A stretch of 64,000 nucleotides of DNA, from assembly GCA_963719945.1 (NCBI GenBank), contig CAVRDX010000001.1:800001-864000 (forward strand). The letters are read 5' to 3'. The DNA comes from an uncultured Thermoplasmata archaeon (lineage in GTDB: Archaea > Thermoplasmatota > Thermoplasmata > UBA10834). Under the pieces are notes generated by a model. That model saw nothing but the letters and a program-made list of their open reading frames with translations, made no database searches and had not been told where the DNA came from. Below, piece by piece: positions 19,809-29,549 of this stretch (within the stretch, counting starts at the first letter, position 1; each line of letters opens with the position of its first letter). Both the position numbers and the translations under genes were made by a program.

Positions 19809-20788
19809 AGACTGGCAGCAACCTGGAGAAGGTCTTCGAATCGGGCAAGTTCGCTGTCACTGCCGAGATCGGTCCGCCACAGTCTGCGAATCCTGAACCG
19901 CTCGTGCACCATGCAAAGATGTTGAAAGGCTATGCAGACGCATTCAACCTTACAGACAACCAGACCGCAGTGGTGAGGCTTTCCAGCATCGCCAGCGCGG
20001 CCATAATCATGAGAGAAGGAGTGGAGCCGGTCATACAGATGACCTGCAGGGACAGGAACAGGATCGCCCTCCAGAGCGATCTTCTGGGCGCAAGTGCGCT
20101 AGGCATCAGGAACGTGCTCTGCCTGACCGGGGACCATCAGACCTTCGGCAACGAGAAGGGCGCGAAGAGCGTTTTCGACTTCGATTCGATCTCTGAGCTG
20201 CAGGTTTTCGACAGGCTTCGGAGGGAAGGCAAGCAGGTCGGCGGAGGAGAGATAAAAGATCCGCCCAAGGTGTACCTAGGTTGTGCAGAGAACCCTTTCG
20301 CGACTCCGTACGAGTTCAGGGCTTCGCGGCTGGCGAAGAAGGTAGCGGCCGGCGCTGACTTCTGTCAAACGCAGGCCATATTCGACATGGACATGTTCGA
20401 GAAGTGGATGGACGAGGTCCGTAGCCGAGGTCTCGACAAGAAAATCCACATACTAGCAGGGGTCATACCCATGAAGACCGCTGGCGCTGCCAGGTACATG
20501 AAGAACAAGGTCCCTGGAATGATCGTGCCCAACCACATCATCGACAGGATGAAGAATGCCAAGGACTCAAAGGAAGAAGGCATCAGGCTATGTGTGGAAC
20601 AGATCGAGACTCTCAAGAAGATGAAGGGGGTCCATGGCATCCACATAATGGCAGTCATGTGGGAGGATATCGTGCCCAGGATAGTCGAAGAGGCAGGGCT
20701 CCTTCCGAGACCGACAGTTCTGACCAGGCTCCGCAGACGACGCCTCCGAGGTACGATACGATGTCGCAAACTGAGTTCGACCAATTGA
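19805..20788 (+). CDS. metF: Methylenetetrahydrofolate reductase MetF
   Basis: TAEIGPP, NLTDNQTA, QMTCRDRNRIALQSDLLGA, LTGDH, KKVAAGADF.QTQ, GIHIMA. Confidence 0.93.
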   Translation: MKTGSNLEKVFESGKFAVTAEIGPPQSANPEPLVHHAKMLKGYADAFNLTDNQTAVVRLSSIASAAIIMREGVEPVIQMTCRDRNRIALQSDLLGASALGIRNVLCLTGDHQTFGNEKGAKSVFDFDSISELQVFDRLRREGKQVGGGEIKDPPKVYLGCAENPFATPYEFRASRLAKKVAAGADFCQTQAIFDMDMFEKWMDEVRSRGLDKKIHILAGVIPMKTAGAARYMKNKVPGMIVPNHIIDRMKNAKDSKEEGIRLCVEQIETLKKMKGVHGIHIMAVMWEDIVPRIVEEAGLLPRPTVLTRLRRRRLRGTIRCRKLSSTN

Positions 20789-22419
20789 ACGAGCAGATGC
20801 TTGTGAAGCTATTCGAGATCTGCCCGGACGCTGCTACGCAATTTGGAAAGCACAGACCGTACGACCTGCATCTGCCTCATGGCGGGTTCAAGCGCCTGGG
20901 CGACACGCTCAAGCTCCTTGAATCATGGAACAAGGAAGCAAGCAGGATAGCTGATTCGACCGACCTCACGACAGACCAGACCATATCATTCGAGGTGCTG
21001 AGGATGTCCCTCGAACTCCAGAGGTTCGCGATAGAGGATTATCCGCTCTGGAAGATGTACCCAGATGGGCTCGAGCATCCAGGCTGGCTCCTTTTCTTGA
21101 TGGCTGTGCGTGAGTATGCGCCCCTTCCGGAGAGGGTTGAAGGAATCGTATCGAGGATAGGCGAATTGCCACGCTATCTCGGGGAATTCAGACAGAGGTT
21201 CTCGGATTCGAAACCTGTGAAGGTATGGACAGAGAGCGCGATCGAGACATGCGAAGGCGTACCAGACTACCTTGCTCATCTACGAAGCTTCGCCCAGGGC
21301 AGCATATCATCATCCCTTCTCGCCCAGATGGACAAGAACATCGCGTATGCGAACGAGGAGATCGCCAATCACAAGGACTGGTTGAAAGGAATGCTCGACA
21401 TATCCGTCGAACAGTTCGCGATGGGTAGGGAGAAGTTCTCCAAGTTGCTCAAGATTCGTGGGATCGATTACCTTCCGGACGAAGTCCTTGTCATAGCCGA
21501 GATGACAATACACGAGCTCAAAGAAGAACGCGCCATCATCTCGAGCAGGATATCCCCGGACGGGATTCCAGAGAAGGCCAAGGAGATAGTGGAATCGGAC
21601 ACGCCGGATACCATCGAAGAGGTGCTGGCAATCACAGGCAGCGAAACAGAGAATGCAAAACGATTCCTGATCAAGCACGATCTCATCTCACTTGATCATG
21701 GAGGGATCCTCAATTTCGTCAGGACTCCTGAATTCCTAAGCCTCACGATCCCTACCGCGGCATTGATGATGCCGGCAGTCTTTGATGAGACCCAGCACGG
21801 GACCTACCTAATCACGAACCCGCCAGACAAAGACGACCTCCGAAGCCTTTGGAATCGCGCGGCCATCATCAACACAGTGGTCCACGAGGCATATCCTGGC
21901 CATTTCCATCAAGGAGTGGTATCGAACAGGAAGCCGTGGATGCATCAGCTCCCGCACATGCTGATCGCCCCGGATACCATGATTCCTGCCTATGAGATGA
22001 TGGAAGGTTGGGCGCATTATTGTGAGAAAATGATGTACGACCACAAGTTCTGCGGGACCGATAAGGACGCTCATGCGATGATAGAGTTCGGCCTCTGGAG
22101 GGCCTGCAGGGCGATATACGATGTAGAACTCGCCAGCGGTGACGCATCGATCGATGAGATGGTGGAGATGTTCGTCCGTGAGACGAGCACCACCAGAAAC
22201 TCAGCAGAAGCGGATGTCAAAGGATTCTCGCACACGCCTGGGTACGGTCTATCATACATGATGGGAAGGAAGATGGTCCTGGAGTTCAGGAAGGAGCTGG
22301 AGAACGAGCTCGGACAGCGGTTCGACGAGAAGCTATTCCACGACCTCATGGCGGAGAACGGCAACCTCCCATTCCATCTGGCCAGGAGAGCGGTCAAGTC
22401 AGCGATGGTACTGCACTGA
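20761..22419 (+). CDS. DUF885 family protein (putative gluzincin-like metallopeptidase), paralog 1
   Basis: VHEAYPGHFHQ, EGWAHYCE, PGYGLSYMMG, FHD; start at MSQTEF (20761). Confidence 0.85.
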   Translation: MSQTEFDQLNEQMLVKLFEICPDAATQFGKHRPYDLHLPHGGFKRLGDTLKLLESWNKEASRIADSTDLTTDQTISFEVLRMSLELQRFAIEDYPLWKMYPDGLEHPGWLLFLMAVREYAPLPERVEGIVSRIGELPRYLGEFRQRFSDSKPVKVWTESAIETCEGVPDYLAHLRSFAQGSISSSLLAQMDKNIAYANEEIANHKDWLKGMLDISVEQFAMGREKFSKLLKIRGIDYLPDEVLVIAEMTIHELKEERAIISSRISPDGIPEKAKEIVESDTPDTIEEVLAITGSETENAKRFLIKHDLISLDHGGILNFVRTPEFLSLTIPTAALMMPAVFDETQHGTYLITNPPDKDDLRSLWNRAAIINTVVHEAYPGHFHQGVVSNRKPWMHQLPHMLIAPDTMIPAYEMMEGWAHYCEKMMYDHKFCGTDKDAHAMIEFGLWRACRAIYDVELASGDASIDEMVEMFVRETSTTRNSAEADVKGFSHTPGYGLSYMMGRKMVLEFRKELENELGQRFDEKLFHDLMAENGNLPFHLARRAVKSAMVLH

Positions 22420-22456
22420 CGGAGGGCGAGAAACCGATTGTGGCTTCGGAAGGCTC

Positions 22457-24136
22457 ATGTCGCATGATGCTATCACCCTGTCAGGTGATCATGTGGGGGC
22501 ACATGCTTTCGGTCAGCTGAACGAAGAGATGCTCAAGAAACTACTCGCTGTGAATCCAGATATGGGCACAGCAATGGGATTGCACGACCCTTATGATATG
22601 TATCTGCCCCATGGCGGACTGAAGCGCATCGATGATACTCTCGACATCCTCAAAGAATGGAGGATCAAGGCACGTGAGATCGATTCCAAGGATTTCACAT
22701 TGGACGAGAGACTGATGTTGAGAGTGCTTGACATCTCCATCGATTTTACCACCTTCAGCAGGCACGAGTATCCACTCTGGAGGATGCACCCAGACGAGAT
22801 CGAAGCACTCGGCGGGCTCGTCTTCATGATGTTCTCCAGGGACTATGCGCCGATCGAATTCAGGGCTCGGGCCATGGCCAGCCGACTCCATCAGGTGCCG
22901 AAGCACTTCGAGGAGTTCAGGGCAAGGTTCAACGGACAAAGGACCGTGAGACTCTGGACAGAAGCAGCTATCGAATCCTGTGACCAGTTCCCGGATTTCC
23001 TGACATTCATCGAGCAATCCTGGAAGGATGATATCACACCTGAGACAGCCAAGGCTCTGTCCGAGGGCGTGAACATGACCAAGACGGCCGTCGCGAAACA
23101 GAAAGAGTGGCTCAAAGGACGCCTGCAGACTGCGGATGCGGACTTCGCCATGGGCAGAGTCAAGTTCGAGAAATTGATCGAGATGAGAGGTTTGGGCATG
23201 GATTCGGATGCAATCCTCTCTCTCGGAGAGAAGTACCTGAAGGAACTCAAAGCCGAACGGGAGGTCATATCCGAGAAGATCTCCCCAGGCGGAGGAGTCG
23301 ATGGCGCGAAAAAAATTGTGGAATCACACGCGCCAAAGACCTTCGAGGAAGGGCTGAAGGCTACAGAGGAGGAGATGCTCAAGGCCAAACGGTTCATAAT
23401 TGAAAACGGGATAGCCACCATAGATGAGAGCAGCGTCCTCAAGATAATCGAGACACCTGCATTCCTTGCCCCCGTGCTGCCCTATGCGGCGTTGTTCATG
23501 CCGTCCAAGTTTGACAAGGTCCAAGAAGGGGCATATGTCGTGACCAGGCCGAAGGATCCAAAAGACCTTGGCAGCCATCTCAACCATGGGTCCATAATAA
23601 ACACCGCAGTGCACGAAGCATACCCGGGCCACTTCCACCAGGGGGTCAGGTCCAATGGCAAGCACTGGATGCTCCAGCTGCATCAGATGTCGGACAACCT
23701 ATACGTCGCTGCGGAGACCGTGGAGGGATGGGCGCACTACTGCGAGAAGATGATGTACGATCATGGATACGGAACCGATGACGAAGCGGTTCTGGAGATG
23801 ATCAACGGAGCCCTTTGGCGAGCTTACAGGATAATCGCAGACATCAAGCTTGCAAGAGGTGAAGCGACTGTCGATGAGATGGTCGACCTCGCCGTGAACG
23901 AGATAGGCATTCCGAGGAACGCCGCGAGAGACGAAGTGATCAGATACACCAGAAGCCCTGGACAGGCCCTATCATATCTCATCGGCAGACATCTGATAAT
24001 CGAGTTCAGGAAGGATATGGAGAAGGAACTGGGAGATGCGTTCGACGAGAAGAAGTTCCATGACCTTGTCGCGGACTATGCGTACCTGCCGATATTCCTG
24101 CTGAGCGACGCGGTCAGGGAATGCATGAAAAGGTGA
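22457..24136 (+). CDS. DUF885 family protein, paralog 2
   Basis: VHEAYPGHFHQ, EGWAHYCE, PGQALSYLIG, FHD. Confidence 0.85.
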   Translation: MSHDAITLSGDHVGAHAFGQLNEEMLKKLLAVNPDMGTAMGLHDPYDMYLPHGGLKRIDDTLDILKEWRIKAREIDSKDFTLDERLMLRVLDISIDFTTFSRHEYPLWRMHPDEIEALGGLVFMMFSRDYAPIEFRARAMASRLHQVPKHFEEFRARFNGQRTVRLWTEAAIESCDQFPDFLTFIEQSWKDDITPETAKALSEGVNMTKTAVAKQKEWLKGRLQTADADFAMGRVKFEKLIEMRGLGMDSDAILSLGEKYLKELKAEREVISEKISPGGGVDGAKKIVESHAPKTFEEGLKATEEEMLKAKRFIIENGIATIDESSVLKIIETPAFLAPVLPYAALFMPSKFDKVQEGAYVVTRPKDPKDLGSHLNHGSIINTAVHEAYPGHFHQGVRSNGKHWMLQLHQMSDNLYVAAETVEGWAHYCEKMMYDHGYGTDDEAVLEMINGALWRAYRIIADIKLARGEATVDEMVDLAVNEIGIPRNAARDEVIRYTRSPGQALSYLIGRHLIIEFRKDMEKELGDAFDEKKFHDLVADYAYLPIFLLSDAVRECMKR

Positions 24137-24225
24137 AATCGGGACATCACCAGATGCAGCATTCGAGATGGACGCGGAACTGCATCACGTCCAAATCATT
24201 CATGTGCTAGCTCGTCATCCACCCT

Positions 24226-25446
24226 ATGGATATGCAGCTCTTCAAGAGACCGTTCCTCGGAATCGCGTTCCTGACATTCCTAGCGATGTTCAACCTGACC
24301 TTCGTGGTCCCTTCGATAAAGGAGATGGTCGTTGACAGATTCGATACGACGGCTACGATGGCTTCACTCTTCGTGACCATCGAGATGGTCGCGTACATCA
24401 TCTTCGGAGTGGTCTGGGGCGCTCTATCCGACAAGCGAGGAGAACGCAGGATATTCATCGTGATAGGATTCCTCGGGTCTGCGATGATGTACTACATGAT
24501 GACACTCGCGACCGACCTTACGACCCTCTTTGTGATGAGGTTCGTCCAGGGGTCATTGACGGTCATGGCATGGTCGCTACTCATGACTCTAGCTATGGAC
24601 ATGTCGCATTCAGACAGCAGAGGAGCGCACATGGGCATAATCGGTGCATCGCTCGCTCTGGGGATGGGGCTGGGGGCGCCTATCGGGGGACTCATCGCAG
24701 ATCATGGGGTTCTCCTTCCGCTTTATGCAGCATCCGCCGTGTTCGTCATGGCCACCGTGCTCTCCATCATGTTCATCAAGGATATTCCGATAAGGAGCAA
24801 GGCCGAATCACTAGTTCAGACCATCAGACACATATCGAAGGACAGCGAGGCGAGAGCGCCATACCTGTTCAGCTTTGCCGAGCGATTCAGCGCAGGATAT
24901 CTCGTGGTCCTGCTCCCATTGTATCTGGCATATGAGTTCGATTCATCTCCTGGAGTCAGAGGGATGTACCTCGCAGCGTTCCTCCTACCATTCGCATTGC
25001 TCCAATACCATTTCGGGAAACTCTCGGACCGGTACGGCAGGGAATGGATGCTGATCATAGGCGGTTTCGCATACGCGGCACTGTTGGGAACCCTATGCTT
25101 CGTTGACATCGATGTCCTCTTCGTACTCATGGTCGTCTCCGGCGCGCTCGCTGCGATGCTCCTGCCTGCAAGCCTGGGACTCCTTGCCGACATAGCCCCC
25201 AAGGGAGAACACGCGACGTTCATGGGCGGATTCAATGCGTTCGGGTCCCTCGGATTCGCAATCGCGCCCCTATTGGCGGTCGGCCTATCCGAATGGGTAG
25301 GATACCAATTATCGCTGGTGACTGGCGCTGCGATAATCGCTGTCACGGTCGCGCTCACCTTCCCAACCTTATTCCCGGGGAAGGAAGAGATCGATGGAGA
25401 GAGTCCTGAGCTCAGCCTCTATGAGATGCAGCATGAAGACGATTGA
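24226..25446 (+). CDS. MFS transporter
   Basis: About 12 hydrophobic segments; WGALSDKRG and FGKLSDRYGR loop motifs. Confidence 0.88.
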   Translation: MDMQLFKRPFLGIAFLTFLAMFNLTFVVPSIKEMVVDRFDTTATMASLFVTIEMVAYIIFGVVWGALSDKRGERRIFIVIGFLGSAMMYYMMTLATDLTTLFVMRFVQGSLTVMAWSLLMTLAMDMSHSDSRGAHMGIIGASLALGMGLGAPIGGLIADHGVLLPLYAASAVFVMATVLSIMFIKDIPIRSKAESLVQTIRHISKDSEARAPYLFSFAERFSAGYLVVLLPLYLAYEFDSSPGVRGMYLAAFLLPFALLQYHFGKLSDRYGREWMLIIGGFAYAALLGTLCFVDIDVLFVLMVVSGALAAMLLPASLGLLADIAPKGEHATFMGGFNAFGSLGFAIAPLLAVGLSEWVGYQLSLVTGAAIIAVTVALTFPTLFPGKEEIDGESPELSLYEMQHEDD

Positions 25447-25573
25447 GGCCGATGCCTCGGTTTGCTCATAAGCTAACAAAAACGGTTATATCGGAATAGG
25501 GGATACCATTCAGGCATACCTTTTGCCTTGCACGGGGAGGGATGCATCAGCCAGATAACGGAGCGTATGATAG

Positions 25574-27127
25574 ATGAGCAAGGTAAGGCGAGCATTGATA
25601 AGCGTATCTGACAAGACAGGATTGGTTGAATTCGCAAAGGGCCTATCAGAGATGGGCGTGCAGATTTTGTCGACCGGTGGAACGGCTTCGACTCTGGAGA
25701 AGAACGGAGTCCCAGTCGTTGGCGTGTCCGATGTGACCAAATTCCCTGAGATGCTGGACGGAAGAGTCAAGACACTTCATCCAGCGATCCACGGTGGTCT
25801 GTTGGCCATGAGAGAGAAACAGGAGCACATGGATGCCATAAAGAAGCATGGGATAGAACCCATCGACATGGTCGTCGTGAACCTGTATCCGTTCGAGGCC
25901 ACCGTCGCAAAGCCCGACGTGAAGATCGAAGACGCGATAGAGAACATAGACATCGGCGGACCCTCGATGATAAGATCGGCCGCTAAGAACAACTCATCCG
26001 TCACAGTCGTCGTGAACCCTGCACAGTATGAGAAGATACTTGCTGAGATGAAAGAAAACGATGGTAGGGTATCTGACGAGACACGAAAGGCATGCGCCCT
26101 CGAAGCGTTCAGGGCCACTGCAAGATATGATTCGGCAATCGCATCATATCTCGGCAAGAAGTTCAGCAATGAGTTGCTCCCGAAGAACCTGACATTGTCG
26201 TTCGAGAAGCTCAGTGACCTGAGATATGGAGAGAACCCGCACCAGAAGGCAGCTTTCTACAAGGACCTGTTCGACCAGACACCTCTGAGCGTCGCAGCTG
26301 CCGAGAAGATGCATGGTAAGGAGATCTCCTACTGCAACGTCCTGGACCTTGATGCAGCACTTGCGATCGTTTCAGATTTCGAGAGGCCGACGGCGGCTGT
26401 CATAAAGCACACCAACCCATCGGGCGTTGCCAGTGCGGACACCATCGCCGAAGCTTTCAGGGTTGCGTACAACGCCGATTCCCTCAGCGCATTCGGCTGC
26501 GTGGTCGGTCTTAACAGGCAGGTCGATCTCGAGACGGCCAAAGAGATTTCGAGCCACTTCGTGGAAGCCGTCATCGCACCTGGATACGACCCCGAGGCGG
26601 AGAAGCTTCTGGAAGAGAAGAAGAGCATCAGACTACTCAGGACCAACATGCCGATCAAGAGAGAGGAAGGCCGCAAGTTCATGGCGAAGGTCAAGGGCGG
26701 ATTGCTCGTTCAGACTGATGCCTATGCTGAGATAGACCAGAGCAAGCTCAAGGTGGTCACCAAGCGCAAGCCGACACAGGAAGAGATGGATGCGATGATA
26801 TTCGGCGTCAAGATCTGCAGACACATCAAGTCCAACACGATCCTGCTGGTCAAGGGTGAGAGGACTGTTGGTGTCGGAGCAGGACAGATGAGCCGGGTGG
26901 ATTCTGCGACCATCGCAGGTATGAAGGCGGGCTCGGAAGCTAAGGGCTCGGTTCTGATATCCGATGCGTTCTTCCCATTCAGAGATGGGATCGATGCAGC
27001 AGCAAAGGTGGGCGCATCAGTGATCATCCAGCCAGGCGGATCAGTCAGGGACGATGAGGCCATCGCGGCAGCCGACGAATACGGGATGGCCATGGTGTTC
27101 AGCGGCCTCAGATTATTCAAGCACTGA
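25574..27127 (+). CDS. purH: Bifunctional AICAR formyltransferase/IMP cyclohydrolase
   Basis: RALISVSDKTG, LDGRVKTLHP, IDIGGPSM, LRYGENPHQ, KHTNP, GQMSRVDS, SDAFFPF. Confidence 0.97.
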   Translation: MSKVRRALISVSDKTGLVEFAKGLSEMGVQILSTGGTASTLEKNGVPVVGVSDVTKFPEMLDGRVKTLHPAIHGGLLAMREKQEHMDAIKKHGIEPIDMVVVNLYPFEATVAKPDVKIEDAIENIDIGGPSMIRSAAKNNSSVTVVVNPAQYEKILAEMKENDGRVSDETRKACALEAFRATARYDSAIASYLGKKFSNELLPKNLTLSFEKLSDLRYGENPHQKAAFYKDLFDQTPLSVAAAEKMHGKEISYCNVLDLDAALAIVSDFERPTAAVIKHTNPSGVASADTIAEAFRVAYNADSLSAFGCVVGLNRQVDLETAKEISSHFVEAVIAPGYDPEAEKLLEEKKSIRLLRTNMPIKREEGRKFMAKVKGGLLVQTDAYAEIDQSKLKVVTKRKPTQEEMDAMIFGVKICRHIKSNTILLVKGERTVGVGAGQMSRVDSATIAGMKAGSEAKGSVLISDAFFPFRDGIDAAAKVGASVIIQPGGSVRDDEAIAAADEYGMAMVFSGLRLFKH

Positions 27128-27319
27128 GACACCTGAACGATTCGACTGGAAACCCCTTAATCATATTTCTAACAGGTAACTGTGTCAATGGTCCATGATT
27201 CGCTGACCCGATTCACCGTGGATCTGTATGGACATGCCTCGACGAACGTGGTCTTCTCAACGCTGAGCGTACAGCATGACCAATTCTAGGCTAGGCGTTA
27301 TGAATTCACTTGCCAGATT

Positions 27320-28888
27320 CTAGAGTATCGGCACGAGCTTCGGTCTGAAATCACCCTTCTCCGGATCCGTCATCGCATACGGAGCGGAATAGGGTTCTTC
27401 TCCGCGGACTATTGTAATGCCCGAAGTCTTATCGATTCTTATGTGCGTGTGTGCCAGGTCGGTCAATCTGCTCGTGGACTTCACGGACGGAGTCACCGTT
27501 GCTACGAACACACCATCATTGTTCAGGAGTGAAGTCAGGAAATCCATCAGACCGTCCAGGACCCCTGGACCATACATCGATTCCAGAGAGTCGAACCCGA
27601 TCATTGCCATGTATGGCTGTTCCGTGCCCTTCAGAGCGTACTGAATATCCTGCCACTTGATGTCCACCTTGACATCCTCACCTTCGAGTGTCATGGCGTA
27701 TGGCTTCGGAGATTCCGAGGCAGCGTGAGGCTCCAGTATCCGGACATGCTCGTCGAAATCGCTCTCCTTGAGGAATCCGAGCAGGTCCTCTCTAGCAGCT
27801 TCCGCTCCAGTCTTCTTCGTGGGAAGCCAAGCCACACCTCTGCCAAGGGACGCAGCGTTGCAGATGATGGCGTTCTCGATGGACGATGAGGACACCACGG
27901 GCACACCATGCCCCAATTCTATCAACGCAATCGTACCCTTTCTGAGACCCCCTTCCAGGAGTTCGTCCAAGGCACCGTTGCCAGTGGATACGAACCTCTT
28001 GGACAGATCTGGGATAGGTTCGATCGTCTTTGGTTTCTCAGGCTTGGAGTATCTTGAATACTCGAATGTCCGGACACGGCCGCCAAGAAGTGTGTATACG
28101 TACTTCGGCTGCCTTATCTCGCAACCTCTGAGCTTCAGCAGATCCAGCTCCCTGATCCTGCGACCAGTCGAGCTGCACAGAGAGAGATACACTACACCGT
28201 CTCCAAGGTAATCCAGGAGCGGGTCAGGGGTCTCCAACACATACACGATGTTGGTGCCGCATCCCTCCACCAAGTCCTTCTGAAGTGCATTGATCAATCG
28301 CGACGGCTGAAGTCCATATTTCTCCGCGAGCGCGTCAATGCTATCGATGATTATGAGCGTCCTCTCAGGAAGAGCCTTGTCCACTACATCGTATGCCATC
28401 TCAATCTCAGGCATCATCGCTCCGACAGTCACAGTGATCTCGGATTCACCGGTTGGCTCCGCAACCGATTCTTCATCCCCGCCAGCCTCAATGTTGCCCT
28501 CAAGACGCTTGAGCTCTTTTCTTGGAGATTTGATCTTGTCAGACTTGATCTCACCCTTCATCGCTGCCAGACCAAGAAGTATCTTCTCAACGGCCATCTC
28601 AGAATCCGCCTTCTTTCTGAGCTTCTTCCTCGCCTTGAGAATCTCTCCTTCCTTGACTTTCTCGAGCAACCAAGGGAATTGGTTGAAGAGCGAATGGTCC
28701 GACACTCTTGTCGACATGTAGTAGCTCTGCTGCACTTGAGCAAGCTCTTCAATCAGCTGCAGCGCGAGCGTTGTCTTCCCCGTGCCAGCCATACCCCTGA
28801 CTATCAACGAGTGCCCGCCGGGGTTCGACAGGAACTTGATCATCTCCCTTGGGAATGTCGCCGTCCCAGCTACTGTCTCTTCAGCCAT
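27320..28888 (-). CDS. GvpD-like/KaiC-superfamily double RecA-fold ATPase
   Basis: SLIVRGMAGTGKTT, YMSTRVS, IIDSIDAL, LDYLGDGVV, KLRG; second domain STG...LDELL.GGL with degenerate P-loop. Confidence 0.75.
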   Translation of the reverse strand: MAEETVAGTATFPREMIKFLSNPGGHSLIVRGMAGTGKTTLALQLIEELAQVQQSYYMSTRVSDHSLFNQFPWLLEKVKEGEILKARKKLRKKADSEMAVEKILLGLAAMKGEIKSDKIKSPRKELKRLEGNIEAGGDEESVAEPTGESEITVTVGAMMPEIEMAYDVVDKALPERTLIIIDSIDALAEKYGLQPSRLINALQKDLVEGCGTNIVYVLETPDPLLDYLGDGVVYLSLCSSTGRRIRELDLLKLRGCEIRQPKYVYTLLGGRVRTFEYSRYSKPEKPKTIEPIPDLSKRFVSTGNGALDELLEGGLRKGTIALIELGHGVPVVSSSSIENAIICNAASLGRGVAWLPTKKTGAEAAREDLLGFLKESDFDEHVRILEPHAASESPKPYAMTLEGEDVKVDIKWQDIQYALKGTEQPYMAMIGFDSLESMYGPGVLDGLMDFLTSLLNNDGVFVATVTPSVKSTSRLTDLAHTHIRIDKTSGITIVRGEEPYSAPYAMTDPEKGDFRPKLVPIL

Positions 28889-28929
28889 TTTGACTCAACT
28901 CCTCTCTGAGCGTCATGTTCATGGATGGA

Positions 28930-29352
28930 TCAGCGTTCCTTTGGCCTGAACAGGCCTCCAGGTAACGCATCCTCATCTTCTTCCTCTTCGATCAGCTTGA
29001 TCTCTTTCCATTCTCCTCCGAAGTCCTGAGTCTGTCCAGTGATCATCTGGAACCTGACCCTGAGCTTCCCGCCTTCGAAGAAGATGTAGGCGTTCTTCAA
29101 TTGCGAAAGGTAAAGCACAATACGTTTCCCCTGCTGTGTCAGTGCTCTCTCGACCGGCTTCAGAAGGCCGGCCTTCTCGAGAGCGTGTATTCTCCGATAG
29201 CAGGCTGCGATTGGGATGTTCAACTTGGCACTCAGCTCAAGGGCGTGCTTAGGCTTACGTGAGCATGCAACTAGTATCTTTGCGGCGTAGGTGTCCATTA
29301 TGAGCCGCGATGCTTCGATAGGATCCAAGAGCTGGCCTCCGTTGGTTGACAT
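28930..29352 (-). CDS. Winged-helix (ArsR-like) transcriptional regulator
   Basis: AKIL...KPKHALELS.KLNIPIAACYRRIHALEKAGLL; start uncertain (ATG 29352 or TTG 29379). Confidence 0.8.
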   Translation of the reverse strand: MSTNGGQLLDPIEASRLIMDTYAAKILVACSRKPKHALELSAKLNIPIAACYRRIHALEKAGLLKPVERALTQQGKRIVLYLSQLKNAYIFFEGGKLRVRFQMITGQTQDFGGEWKEIKLIEEEEDEDALPGGLFRPKER

Positions 29353-29549
29353 CGCTGCGGGTGCCTTTGGCAGTATCAAGATCTGGGGGGATCGATCCGC
29401 AGCATACCAATCGTATTACGCGAGGAGCGAATATACTCCTGGCGTTTAATAGTCTTTCGTTAACGGCAGAATTTCACGGATGACGTCTATTCCACAACAA
29501 ATATAATGACGAAGATGAGCAGTCAGGTGAATCTAGTAGCGATGTCAGG

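Noticed and set aside
20590-20760. N-terminal extension of the first DUF885 ORF in the track
   Set aside because: Lies inside metF; similarity to the paralog and a GAGGT SD support the start at 20761.
15873-20788. Selenocysteine or pyrrolysine recoding in the hdrA/mvhD/met genes
   Set aside because: The stops are stop/start overlaps into different frames, and no in-frame TGA or TAG interrupts a conserved domain.
25447-25573. Possible ZTP riboswitch upstream of purH (and THF riboswitch near folD/fhs)
   Set aside because: Consensus elements not recognisable; the leaders are short with only weak hairpins.
27188-27289. 33-codon ORF between purH and the GvpD-like gene
   Set aside because: No SD or motif; compatible with chance in a convergent intergenic region.
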